DNA of 45,457 nt from Minisyncoccota bacterium (lineage in GTDB: Bacteria; Patescibacteriota; Minisyncoccia; Phycocordibacterales; JAGLPS01): contig JAGLPS010000002.1 in assembly GCA_023137185.1 (NCBI GenBank), positions 1 to 45,457 of the forward strand. The letters run 5' to 3'. The position numbers and the translations under genes are program-made. This document shows positions 27,225 through 37,103 of this stretch, piece after piece. The notes beneath the pieces were generated by a model, which saw only the letters and a program-made list of their open reading frames with translations, ran no database searches and was not told the DNA's origin. Each line of letters begins with the position of its first letter. Positions within the stretch are counted from its first letter, which is position 1.

Positions 27225-27839
27225 ATGAAAAGGCTGTTTATTAACAAAGGAATATCATTGGTTGAAACTTTAATTGTTGTAACAATTGTTTCTTTTCTTG
27301 TTCTTGCCATCGGATCATTTCAGAGAAATATACTCTTTTTTGCGGGATTTCTTGAGGATTCAATTTCTGGCGCTCAGGATGCTCGAGCGGTATTGCGGAC
27401 AATGGCTTGTGAAATACGAACTGCGTCGCCGTCAAATCTCGGTACTTATCCTGTAGCAACAGCATCTCCGCAGACGTTTACATTTTATAGCGATATAGAT
27501 GATGACGGTCTTAAAGAGCGGGTGCGTTACTTTCTTGATGGCGTAGACCTTAAAAAGGGGATTGTAAAACCGTCAGGAAATCCGTTAATGTATGATCCTG
27601 CTTCAGAAACAGTTGTTGCGGTTCTTGTTCACAATGTGCGAAACGACGCTCAAAATATTTTTGATTATTACGACACTAATTATGACGGAACAACTGACCC
27701 TCTTCCTGAGCCAATTGACATTATTTCTGCGCGATTGGTAAAAATTACTATCATTATTGATGCCGATCCAAACCGCGCGCCGTCAGCAAAAACGTTTACA
27801 AGTCAGGTTTCTATGAGAAATCTTAAAGATAATTTATGA
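27225..27839 (+). CDS. Minor pilin (PilW/GspJ-like)
   Basis: KG/ISLVE class III signal peptide; C-terminal VSMRN. Confidence 0.8.
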   Translation: MKRLFINKGISLVETLIVVTIVSFLVLAIGSFQRNILFFAGFLEDSISGAQDARAVLRTMACEIRTASPSNLGTYPVATASPQTFTFYSDIDDDGLKERVRYFLDGVDLKKGIVKPSGNPLMYDPASETVVAVLVHNVRNDAQNIFDYYDTNYDGTTDPLPEPIDIISARLVKITIIIDADPNRAPSAKTFTSQVSMRNLKDNL

Positions 27840-29275
27840 GACACAGACGCCTCCACAACAAAGGCATTGCTATCGTTAACACACTTGTGTTCGCTTTCAT
27901 TGCTATCGTAATAACAACTGCTTTCGTAAGTTGGGTGTCGCGGCTTATATACAGTATCAGACATCTTACGCTTCGGGAGCAAGCGTTTCAGATTGCGGAA
28001 ACGGGAATTGATTATTACCGCTGGCACCTAGCTCATGATCCAAATGACTTTCAAGACGGCACTGGAGAGCCGGGGCATTATGTTCATGATTTTGAGGATA
28101 AGGACGGAAATGTAATAGGGCAGTTTAGTTTGGAGATTGTTCCGCCTTCCGTAGGTACTACGATTGTGACGGTTCGTTCAACAGGAATTATTACGGAGCC
28201 GATAACGGTGGAACGCACTATTCAAGTTCAATTTGCCATCGCTTCGCTCGCAAAATATGCGGTTGTAAGCAATTCCAATATCAGATTTGGGGAAGGAACG
28301 GAAGTTTTTGGTCCAGTTCATTCAAACCACGGTATTCATTTTGATGGATTAGCGCACAATATCGTATCGTCCTCTTTGGAAGAATATAATGACCCGGATC
28401 ATTCCGGCAATAAGGAGTTTGCGGTACATACTCATATCCCTCCAGTTGATCCTCTTCCTCCGCTACCGATGCCTGACAGACCGGATGTGTTTGAAGCAGG
28501 AAGATTTATTGGCGTACCAGAAATTGATTTTGCCGGTATTACATTTGACTTAGCCCAGATTAAAGTTGCGGCTGTCGAGGAAGGGGTGCACCTAGAAGAT
28601 TCCGGGTCACTTGGATGGTTATTGTTACTTAAAACTAACGATACTTTTGAGGTTTATCGTGTGGATTCTCTGGAACCAGTTTCATTGGGTTGTACTACTG
28701 TCTTAGGACAAAAATGGTGGGGGACGTGGAGTGTTAAAAACAAGACATTCATACAAACTTATAATGTTCCAGAAAGCGGCCTGGTGTTTGCGGAGGATAA
28801 TGTCTGGGTTGAAGGTCAAATTGATGGTACGCGTATTACTATTGCTGCTGGTGTGTTTCCTGATAATCCAAACCAAAGGAAAAGTATTACTGTCAATAAT
28901 GATTTACTTTATTCAAATTACGATGGGCAAGACGTTATCGGTCTTATTGCCCAAGGCAATATCAATGTTGGACTGGTTAGCGAGGATAATTTGCGTATAG
29001 ATGCTGCTGTTGTCGCTCAGAATGGCCGAGTGGGTCGCTATTATTACAAGCCGCCCAGTGGCGAAAATAATCGTTGTGACCCTTATCATATTCGGGAAAC
29101 AATTACTTTTTATGGCATGATTCTAAGTAATGAACGATATGGTTTTGCTTATACCGATGGAACTGGATACGAAATCCGTAATCTTATATATGACAGCAAT
29201 CTTCTCTATGGCCCGCCCCCATCATTCCCTTTAACATCTGACCAATACTCTATCCTTTCGTGGGAAGAACTTTAG
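27836..29275 (+). CDS. PilX-like minor pilin
   Basis: KG/IAIV start lacking E5, AFQIAETGI motif, C-terminal SWEE. Confidence 0.75.
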   Translation: MRHRRLHNKGIAIVNTLVFAFIAIVITTAFVSWVSRLIYSIRHLTLREQAFQIAETGIDYYRWHLAHDPNDFQDGTGEPGHYVHDFEDKDGNVIGQFSLEIVPPSVGTTIVTVRSTGIITEPITVERTIQVQFAIASLAKYAVVSNSNIRFGEGTEVFGPVHSNHGIHFDGLAHNIVSSSLEEYNDPDHSGNKEFAVHTHIPPVDPLPPLPMPDRPDVFEAGRFIGVPEIDFAGITFDLAQIKVAAVEEGVHLEDSGSLGWLLLLKTNDTFEVYRVDSLEPVSLGCTTVLGQKWWGTWSVKNKTFIQTYNVPESGLVFAEDNVWVEGQIDGTRITIAAGVFPDNPNQRKSITVNNDLLYSNYDGQDVIGLIAQGNINVGLVSEDNLRIDAAVVAQNGRVGRYYYKPPSGENNRCDPYHIRETITFYGMILSNERYGFAYTDGTGYEIRNLIYDSNLLYGPPPSFPLTSDQYSILSWEEL

Positions 29276-29422
29276 GTAGCTGTTAGCAATTAGCTTTTAG
29301 CTTTTAGAAAATTTAATTTCTAAAAACTTGAATTTGGAAACCGAGTTTCCAAGTTTCCTGTAGACAAAATTTCTCATTCTTTTTCTTACTTTACAAACTT
29401 GCGAAGGGCAGTGGTAGCGGCA

Positions 29423-29455
29423 CCCAATTATCGAGGTTGAACCTCGATAATTGGG
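29423..29455. repeat. 33-bp palindrome (family P), right of the pilus cluster
   Basis: CCCAATTATCGAGGTT-G-AACCTCGATAATTGGG; the inner 27 bp equal the reverse complement of 22260-22286. Confidence 0.85.
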
Positions 29456-29575
29456 ATACAATACAACGGCTTTATTATTTTGATGAGCGAGCCTTTTTGT
29501 TGTAGGGGCATATATTTTAGCTTTCTCCGAGTTTTTTACTTTGTTATGGCTTTTCACACGGGGTATAATAGAAAA

Positions 29576-30349
29576 ATGAGTAATAAATCTAAAAAAATCG
29601 TTGTTGCAAACTGGAAAATGAATCCGGAAAATGAGGAAGCGGCAAAAAGAATTTTCCTTTATACAAAAAAAATCTCCAAAAAAATTAGAAAGACAGATAT
29701 CATTGTTTGTCCTCCGTTTGTGTATCTCCCTCTTCTGTCTTCTTTTGCACGAAAAGTTTCTCTTGGAGCACAAGATGTGTTTTGGGAGGAGAATGGTTCG
29801 TACACAGGAGAGGTAAGCGCTCGTATGATAAAGGGTGTGGGGGCAAAATATGTGATTATTGGACATTCCGAACGGCGGGCGCTTGGTGATTCTGATGAAA
29901 TTATCAATAAAAAGATAAAAGCGGCTCTTAAAACTGGTCTTTCTGTCATTCTCTGTGTTGGAGAAAAAGAGAGAGACCCTCATGGCGCGTATCTTGAATT
30001 TCTTTCAAATCAAATTCATCTATCACTTGGAAAAGTTTCAAAAAAAGAATTTTCGTCCATTATGGTTGCGTATGAGCCAATATGGGCTATCGGCGCGAAA
30101 AGTTATAAGGCGATTGACGGGCAAGAGTTGCACGAAACAGCGCTTTTTATACGAAAAACACTTTCTGATATGTACGGATATACAGAGGCAATGGATACTC
30201 CAATTCTATATGGGGGGTCAGTTAACGCAAAAAACGCCAACGAAATTCTTACAGAAGGCGGAGTACAAGGCTTTTTGGTGGGGAGACAAAGCCTCGAAAA
30301 AGAACTCAAAGATATTATTGATATAGCAGAGTCTTTTAAGACTATATGA
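29576..30349 (+). CDS. tpiA: Triosephosphate isomerase
   Basis: ANWKMN, IGHSERR, AYEPIWAIG, LYGGSV. TATAAT lies 6 nt upstream of the ATG. Confidence 0.96.
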   Translation: MSNKSKKIVVANWKMNPENEEAAKRIFLYTKKISKKIRKTDIIVCPPFVYLPLLSSFARKVSLGAQDVFWEENGSYTGEVSARMIKGVGAKYVIIGHSERRALGDSDEIINKKIKAALKTGLSVILCVGEKERDPHGAYLEFLSNQIHLSLGKVSKKEFSSIMVAYEPIWAIGAKSYKAIDGQELHETALFIRKTLSDMYGYTEAMDTPILYGGSVNAKNANEILTEGGVQGFLVGRQSLEKELKDIIDIAESFKTI

Positions 30350-31464
30350 TTTCCGTCGGGATGAAATTAGTACAAGATATTACAAATCTTTCAGGGAAAC
30401 GAGCGCTTGTTCGGGTTGATTTTAATGTTCCTGTTTCTGCTGGAAAAGTAATAGATGATTTTCGCATAAAAGAAAGTCTCCCTACGATAGAGCTTCTTCG
30501 AAAAAAGGGCGCTTCGGTTATTCTTATAAGCCATTTTGAAGGAGGAGGGAAAACGCTTGCGGTAGTGGCAGAGTACCTAAAAAAATATTTTCCTGTTTCT
30601 TTTATTCCCAACTACTCTTCACCTGATTTTTCTAAAAATTTGCAAGAAGGAGAAGTGGTGTTGTGCGAAAATCTTCGCCAAAACCTTGGCGAAAAAGAAA
30701 ACAGTGAAGAATTCGTAAAAAATCTTGCGGCGCTCGGGGATATTTTTGTAAACGAAGCCTTTTCAGTATCTCACAGGGAGCACTCATCTGTTGTCGGTGT
30801 GCCAAAACTGCTTCCTTCATACGCGGGACTGCGTTTTCAGAGTGAGTATGAAAATTTATCAGACGCTTTTCATCCAGTACAACCGTTTCTCTTTGCGCTT
30901 GGTGGTGCAAAATTTGATACGAAGTTTTCTCTTATAGAAAAATTTGTTTCTTTAGCGGATTTTGTGTTTGTCGGAGGCGCGCTAGCAAATAATTTCTTTC
31001 TAAAAAAAGGCTACTCGATAGGAAAGTCTTTGCATTCAGAAGGCAATTTTAATATAGATAATCTACTTTCAAACCGTAAGATTGTTCTTCCGCTGGATGT
31101 TGTGGTGCAAGATGGCGAGAGTGTGTCAGTAAAAAAACCAGAGGAGGTTACGAACGGCGACATAATAGTAGATTGCGGAAAAGAAACTGTGGAGATGTTG
31201 AAGCAGTATCTTAAGCAATCAAAAACCGTTCTGTGGAATGGTCCGTTTGGAGCGTATGAAAAAGGTTTCAAAAAGAGCACGAATCTTTTTGCGGAAGCGA
31301 TTGCGCAAAGTTCCGCGCGTTCAATTGTCGGAGGGGGAGATACTATTGCTTCTGTTTCTTCTTTAGGAATTTTTGATAAGTTCTCCTTTGTCTCTACCGC
31401 TGGAGGCGCAATGCTTGACTTTCTCTCAAAGGGCACGCTTCCGGGAATTGACGCGCTTAACTAG
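30346..31464 (+). CDS. pgk: Phosphoglycerate kinase
   Basis: RVDFNVP, GGAK, WNGPFG, GGGDT, STAGGA. Start may be 30361. Confidence 0.95.
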   Translation: MISVGMKLVQDITNLSGKRALVRVDFNVPVSAGKVIDDFRIKESLPTIELLRKKGASVILISHFEGGGKTLAVVAEYLKKYFPVSFIPNYSSPDFSKNLQEGEVVLCENLRQNLGEKENSEEFVKNLAALGDIFVNEAFSVSHREHSSVVGVPKLLPSYAGLRFQSEYENLSDAFHPVQPFLFALGGAKFDTKFSLIEKFVSLADFVFVGGALANNFFLKKGYSIGKSLHSEGNFNIDNLLSNRKIVLPLDVVVQDGESVSVKKPEEVTNGDIIVDCGKETVEMLKQYLKQSKTVLWNGPFGAYEKGFKKSTNLFAEAIAQSSARSIVGGGDTIASVSSLGIFDKFSFVSTAGGAMLDFLSKGTLPGIDALN

Positions 31465-31517
31465 TGTGATACGATTTTCTCAGACTTTTCTAAAATCAAA
31501 TTTAAAAAGGGGGTTTT

Positions 31518-31808
31518 ATGGAACTACCGAATAACGCGGTGACGTTAGATAAGTTTGAAAAACTGATTGAGAAATTCATCACTACAGATAGCAAAAAAGA
31601 GGGAGGGCGTCTTGTTCACAAAAAATGTGGAGGGACAATCAGAATCGGCTTTGTACCTCTGTTTTATCTTGGCGAAGATGGTTCTCTAGATCCTGGTCCA
31701 GATGGATTTGGTATAGGCAAGAAACGTGTTCCTTACTGCGAAAAATGCGATCCTCCAGACGGTTTTAATTTTTCCTATGCCAGACGAATTCCCATTCTTA
31801 AACAATAA
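31518..31808 (+). CDS. Orphan small protein with possible Zn ligands
   Basis: SD-like AAGGGGG, HKKC and CEKC motifs, terminator immediately after. Confidence 0.65.
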   Translation: MELPNNAVTLDKFEKLIEKFITTDSKKEGGRLVHKKCGGTIRIGFVPLFYLGEDGSLDPGPDGFGIGKKRVPYCEKCDPPDGFNFSYARRIPILKQ

Positions 31809-31812
31809 TCTC

Positions 31813-31839
31813 AAGCCCCTTCAATTGAAGGGGCTTTTT
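31813..31839. terminator. Terminator between convergent genes
   Basis: AAGCCCCTTCAA / TTGAAGGGGCTT followed by Ts. Confidence 0.75.
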
Positions 31840-31847
31840 AGTTGTCA

Positions 31848-32279
31848 TTATAAGGATTTTCTAATCTTCTCCGCGGCTTCTTTTAAAGTATCTTCGCGCA
31901 CTTCTTTTCCAGGCCAATGTTTGAAACCATCATCTGTAAAGCGGGGAACAATGTGAAAATGAGTGTGGAAAATGAGCTGTCCCGCTGGGCTGTCATTGTT
32001 GTTGGTGATATTGATTCCATCGGCGCCAGTCCCTTTTTTGACGGCAACGGCAACCTTCTTTGCTGTTTTTATCACAGCGCATAGAACATTATCAGGAGTT
32101 GAGTAGGTGTTTTCATAATGTTCTTTAGGCACAACAAGCGTATGCCCTACATTATTGGGACGGATATCTAAAAAAGCGAGTGTGTCTTTGTCTTCGTACA
32201 CTTTTTCAGCAGGGACTTCTCCTCTGACAATTTTGCAAAAAATGCAATTTGTTTTGTTAGAAATCGATTCGTCTGTCAT
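31848..32279 (-). CDS. HIT family hydrolase
   Basis: CIFC, GHTLVVPK, GQLIFHTHFHIVPR. Confidence 0.93.
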   Translation of the reverse strand: MTDESISNKTNCIFCKIVRGEVPAEKVYEDKDTLAFLDIRPNNVGHTLVVPKEHYENTYSTPDNVLCAVIKTAKKVAVAVKKGTGADGINITNNNDSPAGQLIFHTHFHIVPRFTDDGFKHWPGKEVREDTLKEAAEKIRKSL

Positions 32280-32338
32280 ATATATGCTTATATAATATCA
32301 TTAACGGTCTCAATGTTTCCATACTTCTCTTGCGTTAT

Positions 32339-32365
32339 GCCCCGCCCTCGTTGCGAGGGCGGGGC
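32339..32365. repeat. GC-rich palindrome between divergent genes
   Basis: GCCCCGCCCTCG-TTG-CGAGGGCGGGGC with no T tract. Confidence 0.7.
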
Positions 32366-32410
32366 TATCCTTAATGGAGCCAATTTTCTATGTGATACAC
32401 TAAACTCACG

Positions 32411-34114
32411 ATGAAACGATACACTGTATATGAAGGTGACGCGCCCTTGCTTGCACACCCAAGCATTGTTCGAAAACTGCTTGCTCGTAGGGGTTTTACT
32501 TCTCCAGAAGGCGCTGACGAATTTTTAAGTCCAGACTATGAAAAACATACGCATAGCCCATTTTTGATGAAAGGAATGGAAAAGGCGGTTGAGCGAATTC
32601 TGAAGGCGATTGATCGCAAAGAAAAAATTGTCGTCTATGGCGACTACGATGCCGATGGTATCCCCGGCGCTGTGGTGCTCAACGATTTTTTCAAACGCAT
32701 TAAGTATCCGATAACAATTTATATTCCGCACAGAAGCGATGAAGGCTATGGTCTCCATAGTGACGCGGTAGCAGAATTTGTAAAAGATAAAGTATCGCTC
32801 CTTATCACTGTTGATTGCGGAACGAGTGATTTCGAAGCGGTTAAAAAAGCGCAAAAATCAGGAATTGACGTGATCATAACTGACCACCATCTCCCGCAGG
32901 AAACGCTTCCTCCGTCGTATGCGATTTTGAATCCCAAGCAAAAAGATTGCAAGTATCCGGAAAAAATGCTGTGCGGCGCCGGTGTTGTTTTCAAGCTTAT
33001 GCAGGCGCTTCTTTCCGCTCGCGACTTTGCGCTGCCAAAAGGAATAGAAAAGTGGTCGCTTGATATGGTTGCACTCGCAACCCTCTCGGATTCTGTTCCT
33101 CTCGTGGGAGAAAACCGTGTTTTTGCGAAGTACGGGCTTCTTGTATTTCAAAAGTCTCCTCGCAAAGGCCTTAAGGCTCTTTTCAAAAAAACAAAACTCT
33201 TCCAAACACACATCTCGGAAGATGACATTGTGTTTATGATTACGCCTCGTATCAACGCGGCTTCCCGAATGGGAAATCCGTATGACGCATTCTCCTTGCT
33301 TTCTACCGAGAGCGATGAAGAGGCAAACAACCTTGCCGAACTGTTGCATACAATGAATGACAAACGAAAAGGAGTGGCCGCGTCAATCGTTCGTGAAATT
33401 CACGGGCGATTAAATGGAGATGAGGAAGGCAAAAAAGTTATTGTGATGGGAAATCCTTCATGGAAACCGTCTCTTTTGGGGCTTGCTGCAATGCGTATTT
33501 CAGAGGATGTGGAGAAGACGGTGTTTCTTTGGGGAAGAGATGATGATGTGATACGTGGTTCGTGTCGCTCTGACGGATACACTGATGTTGTCGCGCTTAT
33601 GACTTCCATAAAAAATTCATTTGTGCGTTTTGGAGGACATCGTTTTGCCGGAGGTTTCACGCTCTCCCACGATGAAGTGCACACTCTTGAGGAAAATCTT
33701 TTGAAGGCTCATCAAAATCTCCCCCAACTTTCGGAGAACAAAAGCGGATACACTGCTGACGCGCGACTTTCTCTTGATGATGTGAATTGGGGGATGCACA
33801 GACTTATTGAACCGCTTTCTCCCTTCGGTTTAGAGAATCCGAAACCAGTTTTCCTGTTTGAAAATATCTCTGTAGAGAAAATAAAACATTTTGGAAAAAA
33901 CGGCCAGCTTCATCTTTCTCTTGAATTTCTTAATTCACAAAACTCTCGTGTTTCTGCTATCGGATTTTTTATGAAGAAAGAGGATTTCTCTTTCCCTATT
34001 GAAGAAAGGAAAAACGTAGACCTTGTTGCCTCTCTTGAAAAAAGTATGTTTCGCGGTTTTCCTGAATTGCGTTTGAGAATTATTGATGTCCTTCCGTCCA
34101 TAGCTGTTTCTTGA
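32411..34114 (+). CDS. recJ: Single-stranded-DNA exonuclease RecJ
   Basis: YGDYDADG, TVDCG, TDHH, PRINAASR, GGH, PFG. Confidence 0.95.
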   Translation: MKRYTVYEGDAPLLAHPSIVRKLLARRGFTSPEGADEFLSPDYEKHTHSPFLMKGMEKAVERILKAIDRKEKIVVYGDYDADGIPGAVVLNDFFKRIKYPITIYIPHRSDEGYGLHSDAVAEFVKDKVSLLITVDCGTSDFEAVKKAQKSGIDVIITDHHLPQETLPPSYAILNPKQKDCKYPEKMLCGAGVVFKLMQALLSARDFALPKGIEKWSLDMVALATLSDSVPLVGENRVFAKYGLLVFQKSPRKGLKALFKKTKLFQTHISEDDIVFMITPRINAASRMGNPYDAFSLLSTESDEEANNLAELLHTMNDKRKGVAASIVREIHGRLNGDEEGKKVIVMGNPSWKPSLLGLAAMRISEDVEKTVFLWGRDDDVIRGSCRSDGYTDVVALMTSIKNSFVRFGGHRFAGGFTLSHDEVHTLEENLLKAHQNLPQLSENKSGYTADARLSLDDVNWGMHRLIEPLSPFGLENPKPVFLFENISVEKIKHFGKNGQLHLSLEFLNSQNSRVSAIGFFMKKEDFSFPIEERKNVDLVASLEKSMFRGFPELRLRIIDVLPSIAVS

Positions 34115-34129
34115 TATTCTGAATTTAAA

Positions 34130-34858
34130 ATGACTAAAACAATAATCTTTTGTGATGGCGCATCAAAAGGAAATCCGGGTCCGGGCGGATGGGGAGCGGT
34201 TATCGTTTACCCCGAGCATAGCCGAGGGGGCGGGGAAAAAGTGAAAGAAATAGGCGGGGGCAAAAAACATACTACAAATAACGCGATGGAATTGACCGCG
34301 GCACTTGAAGGACTCCGCGCGACCTCTTCTTTCAAAGTTCTCGTATATACGGACTCAAGTTACCTTATAAATGGCATTACAAAATGGATTTATCTATGGG
34401 AAAAGAATGGTTGGAAAACAAGGGATAAAAAAGAAGTTGCAAATTCCTTGTTATGGGAGGCTCTTGTCATAGAGGCAAGAAAAAAACAAATAGAATGGAA
34501 ACACGTCTCTGGGCATTCGGGTGTGTGGGGGAACGAGCGCGCGGATGAAATAGCTTCGGCTTTTGCCGAGGGGGCACAGCCAAAACTTTTTTCAGGAAAT
34601 CTTAAAAATTATGGCGCCGACCCGCTAAAAATTGTTGTGGACAAAGTAAAAAAAGAAAAACGGGACAAAAAACGTTCACGAAAAAACGGCCCGATTTATT
34701 CATACGTGAGCCTAGTAAACGGAGTTTTAAAAATCCACAAAACGTGGGGTGAATGCGAAAAAAGAGTAAAAGGAAAATCAAATGCTCGTTTCAAAAGAGT
34801 GGGGAGCGCGGAAGAAGAGAAAGAAATTGCGGATGAATTTCTAAATACTGCTCGCTAA
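34130..34858 (+). CDS. rnhA: Ribonuclease HI with C-terminal hybrid-binding (viroplasmin-like) domain
   Basis: DGASKGNPG, TNNAMEL, TDSSY, GNERAD; C-terminal TWGECEKRVKG..ARFK. Confidence 0.9.
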   Translation: MTKTIIFCDGASKGNPGPGGWGAVIVYPEHSRGGGEKVKEIGGGKKHTTNNAMELTAALEGLRATSSFKVLVYTDSSYLINGITKWIYLWEKNGWKTRDKKEVANSLLWEALVIEARKKQIEWKHVSGHSGVWGNERADEIASAFAEGAQPKLFSGNLKNYGADPLKIVVDKVKKEKRDKKRSRKNGPIYSYVSLVNGVLKIHKTWGECEKRVKGKSNARFKRVGSAEEEKEIADEFLNTAR

Positions 34859-34862
34859 ACAT

Positions 34863-36332
34863 ATGCACTCATTTCTGTACTCCGTATTTTTTGGATTTCT
34901 TGGGGGAATCCTTTTTCATTCGTTTATAACCGTACCGCTTTTTGAGTATCTCGTGTTTGTATGCGCGGCGGTGGTTGGTTTGTACGCGCTTTTCCTTTCT
35001 AGAAGGGAAGTGGAGGCTTTCAAATTTCCAATTCATCTTTTTCTCATTCTTCTTGCCTGCGGATTTGGAATGTTGCGATTTGATTCAGCTTCGCATTTCC
35101 CTCTTATTTTTGAGGACAGAATTGAAGAAAGGGTTGTAATGGAGGGAATCGTCGTGAAAGAGTCGGAAAAACGCGACGAATATGCCCGTGTGGTATTTCT
35201 TCCCGATACTCTTTCAGGTGAGGACATCTTAAACAAAAAAACAAAAATTTTATTTCAAGCCGCGTATCCCGCGCCTTTTGAATATGGAGACAGAATTTCT
35301 GTGGCAGGAACGCTCAAGAAACCGTGGGAAGGGGAAGGAAACTTCAATTACCCGATGTACTTGGCAAAGGACGGCGTTTTTTATGAAATAAAAAACGCCG
35401 AAGCGGAATTGCTGCAAAAAGAGGCGGGAGGCAATTCAATAAAAAGATTTCTCTTTTCAATAAAAAACAAATTTCTCAAAAACATTCAAATTTCTTTGTC
35501 AGAACCGGGCGCGTCTTTGATTGGCGGGATTCTTTTGGGAATAAAAGGCTCTCTTGGAGAAAATTTTACCGACGCGCTTCGCGCCGCGGGAGTTATTCAC
35601 ATTATTGTTCTTTCCGGTTTTAACATCACGATTGTCGCTTCTTCAATGATGTGGCTCTTTTCCTATTTCTTTTCAAAACGAATTGCGCTTACTGCCGCGA
35701 GTATGGCAATTGTCTTGTTCGCGATAATGGTGGGGGCAGGCGCGACAGTTGTTCGCGCGTCCGGAATGGCGCTTTTGGTTTTGCTCGCAAGGTTTCTAAA
35801 CCGCAGAAGCAGTATCATAAATCTTCTGCTCATTACCGGAATCATAATGAGCGCAATAAATCCCTTGATTGTCGCGTTTGACGTCTCTTTTCAACTTTCT
35901 TTTTTGGCGACTTTAGGGCTTATTCTCTTGTCGCCTGTTTTTGAAAAAATGTTTTCATTTATTACGCAAAAAATAGGATTGCGGGAAATCGTTTCAGCGA
36001 CAGTTGCGACGCAATTATTTGTTTTTCCAATTCTTCTGTACAACGGAGGACAGTTTTCGCTCGTCTCTCTTCCCGCAAACATTTTGATTCTGCCCTTTAT
36101 TCCTCTCGTGATGTTTCTCGGATTTCTCACTGGGCTTTTCGGTTTTCTCGGCACGGCGCTTTCATTTCCATTTTCTTTTCTCACATCCCTTTTCCTCTCA
36201 TATATGATTGCTGTTGTTAATTTTTTCGCGTCTTTTCCTATGTTTTCTTTCACTCTCACTGCGGGAGGGTTATTTCTGCTCTACATTTTTCTTGCGATAT
36301 TTGTGTGGTTTCTGTACAAAAAGGGAAATTAG
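34863..36332 (+). CDS. comEC: ComEC competence channel (OB and competence domains, no MBL domain)
   Basis: HIIVLSGFNI, VVRASGMA and SFQLSFLAT motifs; many TM helices. Confidence 0.92.
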   Translation: MHSFLYSVFFGFLGGILFHSFITVPLFEYLVFVCAAVVGLYALFLSRREVEAFKFPIHLFLILLACGFGMLRFDSASHFPLIFEDRIEERVVMEGIVVKESEKRDEYARVVFLPDTLSGEDILNKKTKILFQAAYPAPFEYGDRISVAGTLKKPWEGEGNFNYPMYLAKDGVFYEIKNAEAELLQKEAGGNSIKRFLFSIKNKFLKNIQISLSEPGASLIGGILLGIKGSLGENFTDALRAAGVIHIIVLSGFNITIVASSMMWLFSYFFSKRIALTAASMAIVLFAIMVGAGATVVRASGMALLVLLARFLNRRSSIINLLLITGIIMSAINPLIVAFDVSFQLSFLATLGLILLSPVFEKMFSFITQKIGLREIVSATVATQLFVFPILLYNGGQFSLVSLPANILILPFIPLVMFLGFLTGLFGFLGTALSFPFSFLTSLFLSYMIAVVNFFASFPMFSFTLTAGGLFLLYIFLAIFVWFLYKKGN

Positions 36333-36392
36333 GGTAATGTAGTGATAGATTTTCTTTTTGTAAATTTCTAAGGGAAAGGAGGTGTTTGTGAT

Positions 36393-36821
36393 ATGAAAAA
36401 AATGAATTGTGTCTTTTGTGAAATTGCGAACAAAGAAACTACTTCACCCAGGATATTTTTTGAAGACGAAAAAGTTTTAGCAATGCTTAGTGCTTATCAG
36501 GCAACAAAAGGTCACACGCTTATTGTCTGGAAAGACCACGTAAACAATGTGTCTGATATTTCGGAGGATGATTTTATTCATTTTTCACGTATCTTTAGAA
36601 AAGTAGAATTGGCGCTTCTCCGCACGCTCAATCTAGACAAGTCTGTTGTTCTCAAAAATGAGGGGATTATTTCTCACTTCCACTTTCATATTTACCCCCT
36701 TTCGAAATACACGCCATGGAACACTATCAGGAGTATGTTTGATAAGACCGTTTGGTATTATGAATCAGTGAAAGGCGAGGAAAAAGAATTAGTACATATT
36801 CTTTCTGAAATACTATATTAA
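36393..36821 (+). CDS. Second HIT family protein
   Basis: CVFC, GHTLIV, HFHFH; strong SD AAAGGAGGTG. Confidence 0.85.
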   Translation: MKKMNCVFCEIANKETTSPRIFFEDEKVLAMLSAYQATKGHTLIVWKDHVNNVSDISEDDFIHFSRIFRKVELALLRTLNLDKSVVLKNEGIISHFHFHIYPLSKYTPWNTIRSMFDKTVWYYESVKGEEKELVHILSEILY

Positions 36822-36831
36822 AGCAATCACC

Positions 36832-36863
36832 CCCCTTCTCAAGCTATTTGAGAAGGGGTTTTT
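36832..36863 (+). terminator. Intrinsic terminator
   Basis: CCCCTTCTCAA / TTGAGAAGGGG followed by TTTTT. Confidence 0.8.
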
Positions 36864-36991
36864 GTATAAAAGGAGGAATGTAACTAAAGTTGAGTTTTGT
36901 CTTTAAATTTGAGAAAGTTGGTTATCGCAAAAAATGACGGTACCCTTGCCCATTTTTGTTTTTGTCTATTACGAGAACTCTTCTAAGCAAA

Positions 36992-37035
36992 ACACACGTA
37001 CGTACGAACGTAAGTACGTTCGTACGTACGTGTGT
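36992..37035. repeat. 44-bp palindrome built from CGTA units
   Basis: 21-bp perfect arms ACACACGTACGTACGAACGTA with spacer AG. Confidence 0.9.
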
Positions 37036-37103
37036 AATAAGGTACATATATTACTCGGGTTTATGCTACGCTTTAGTTAATTAGTCAGTAGGTTAATCTA
37101 TAT

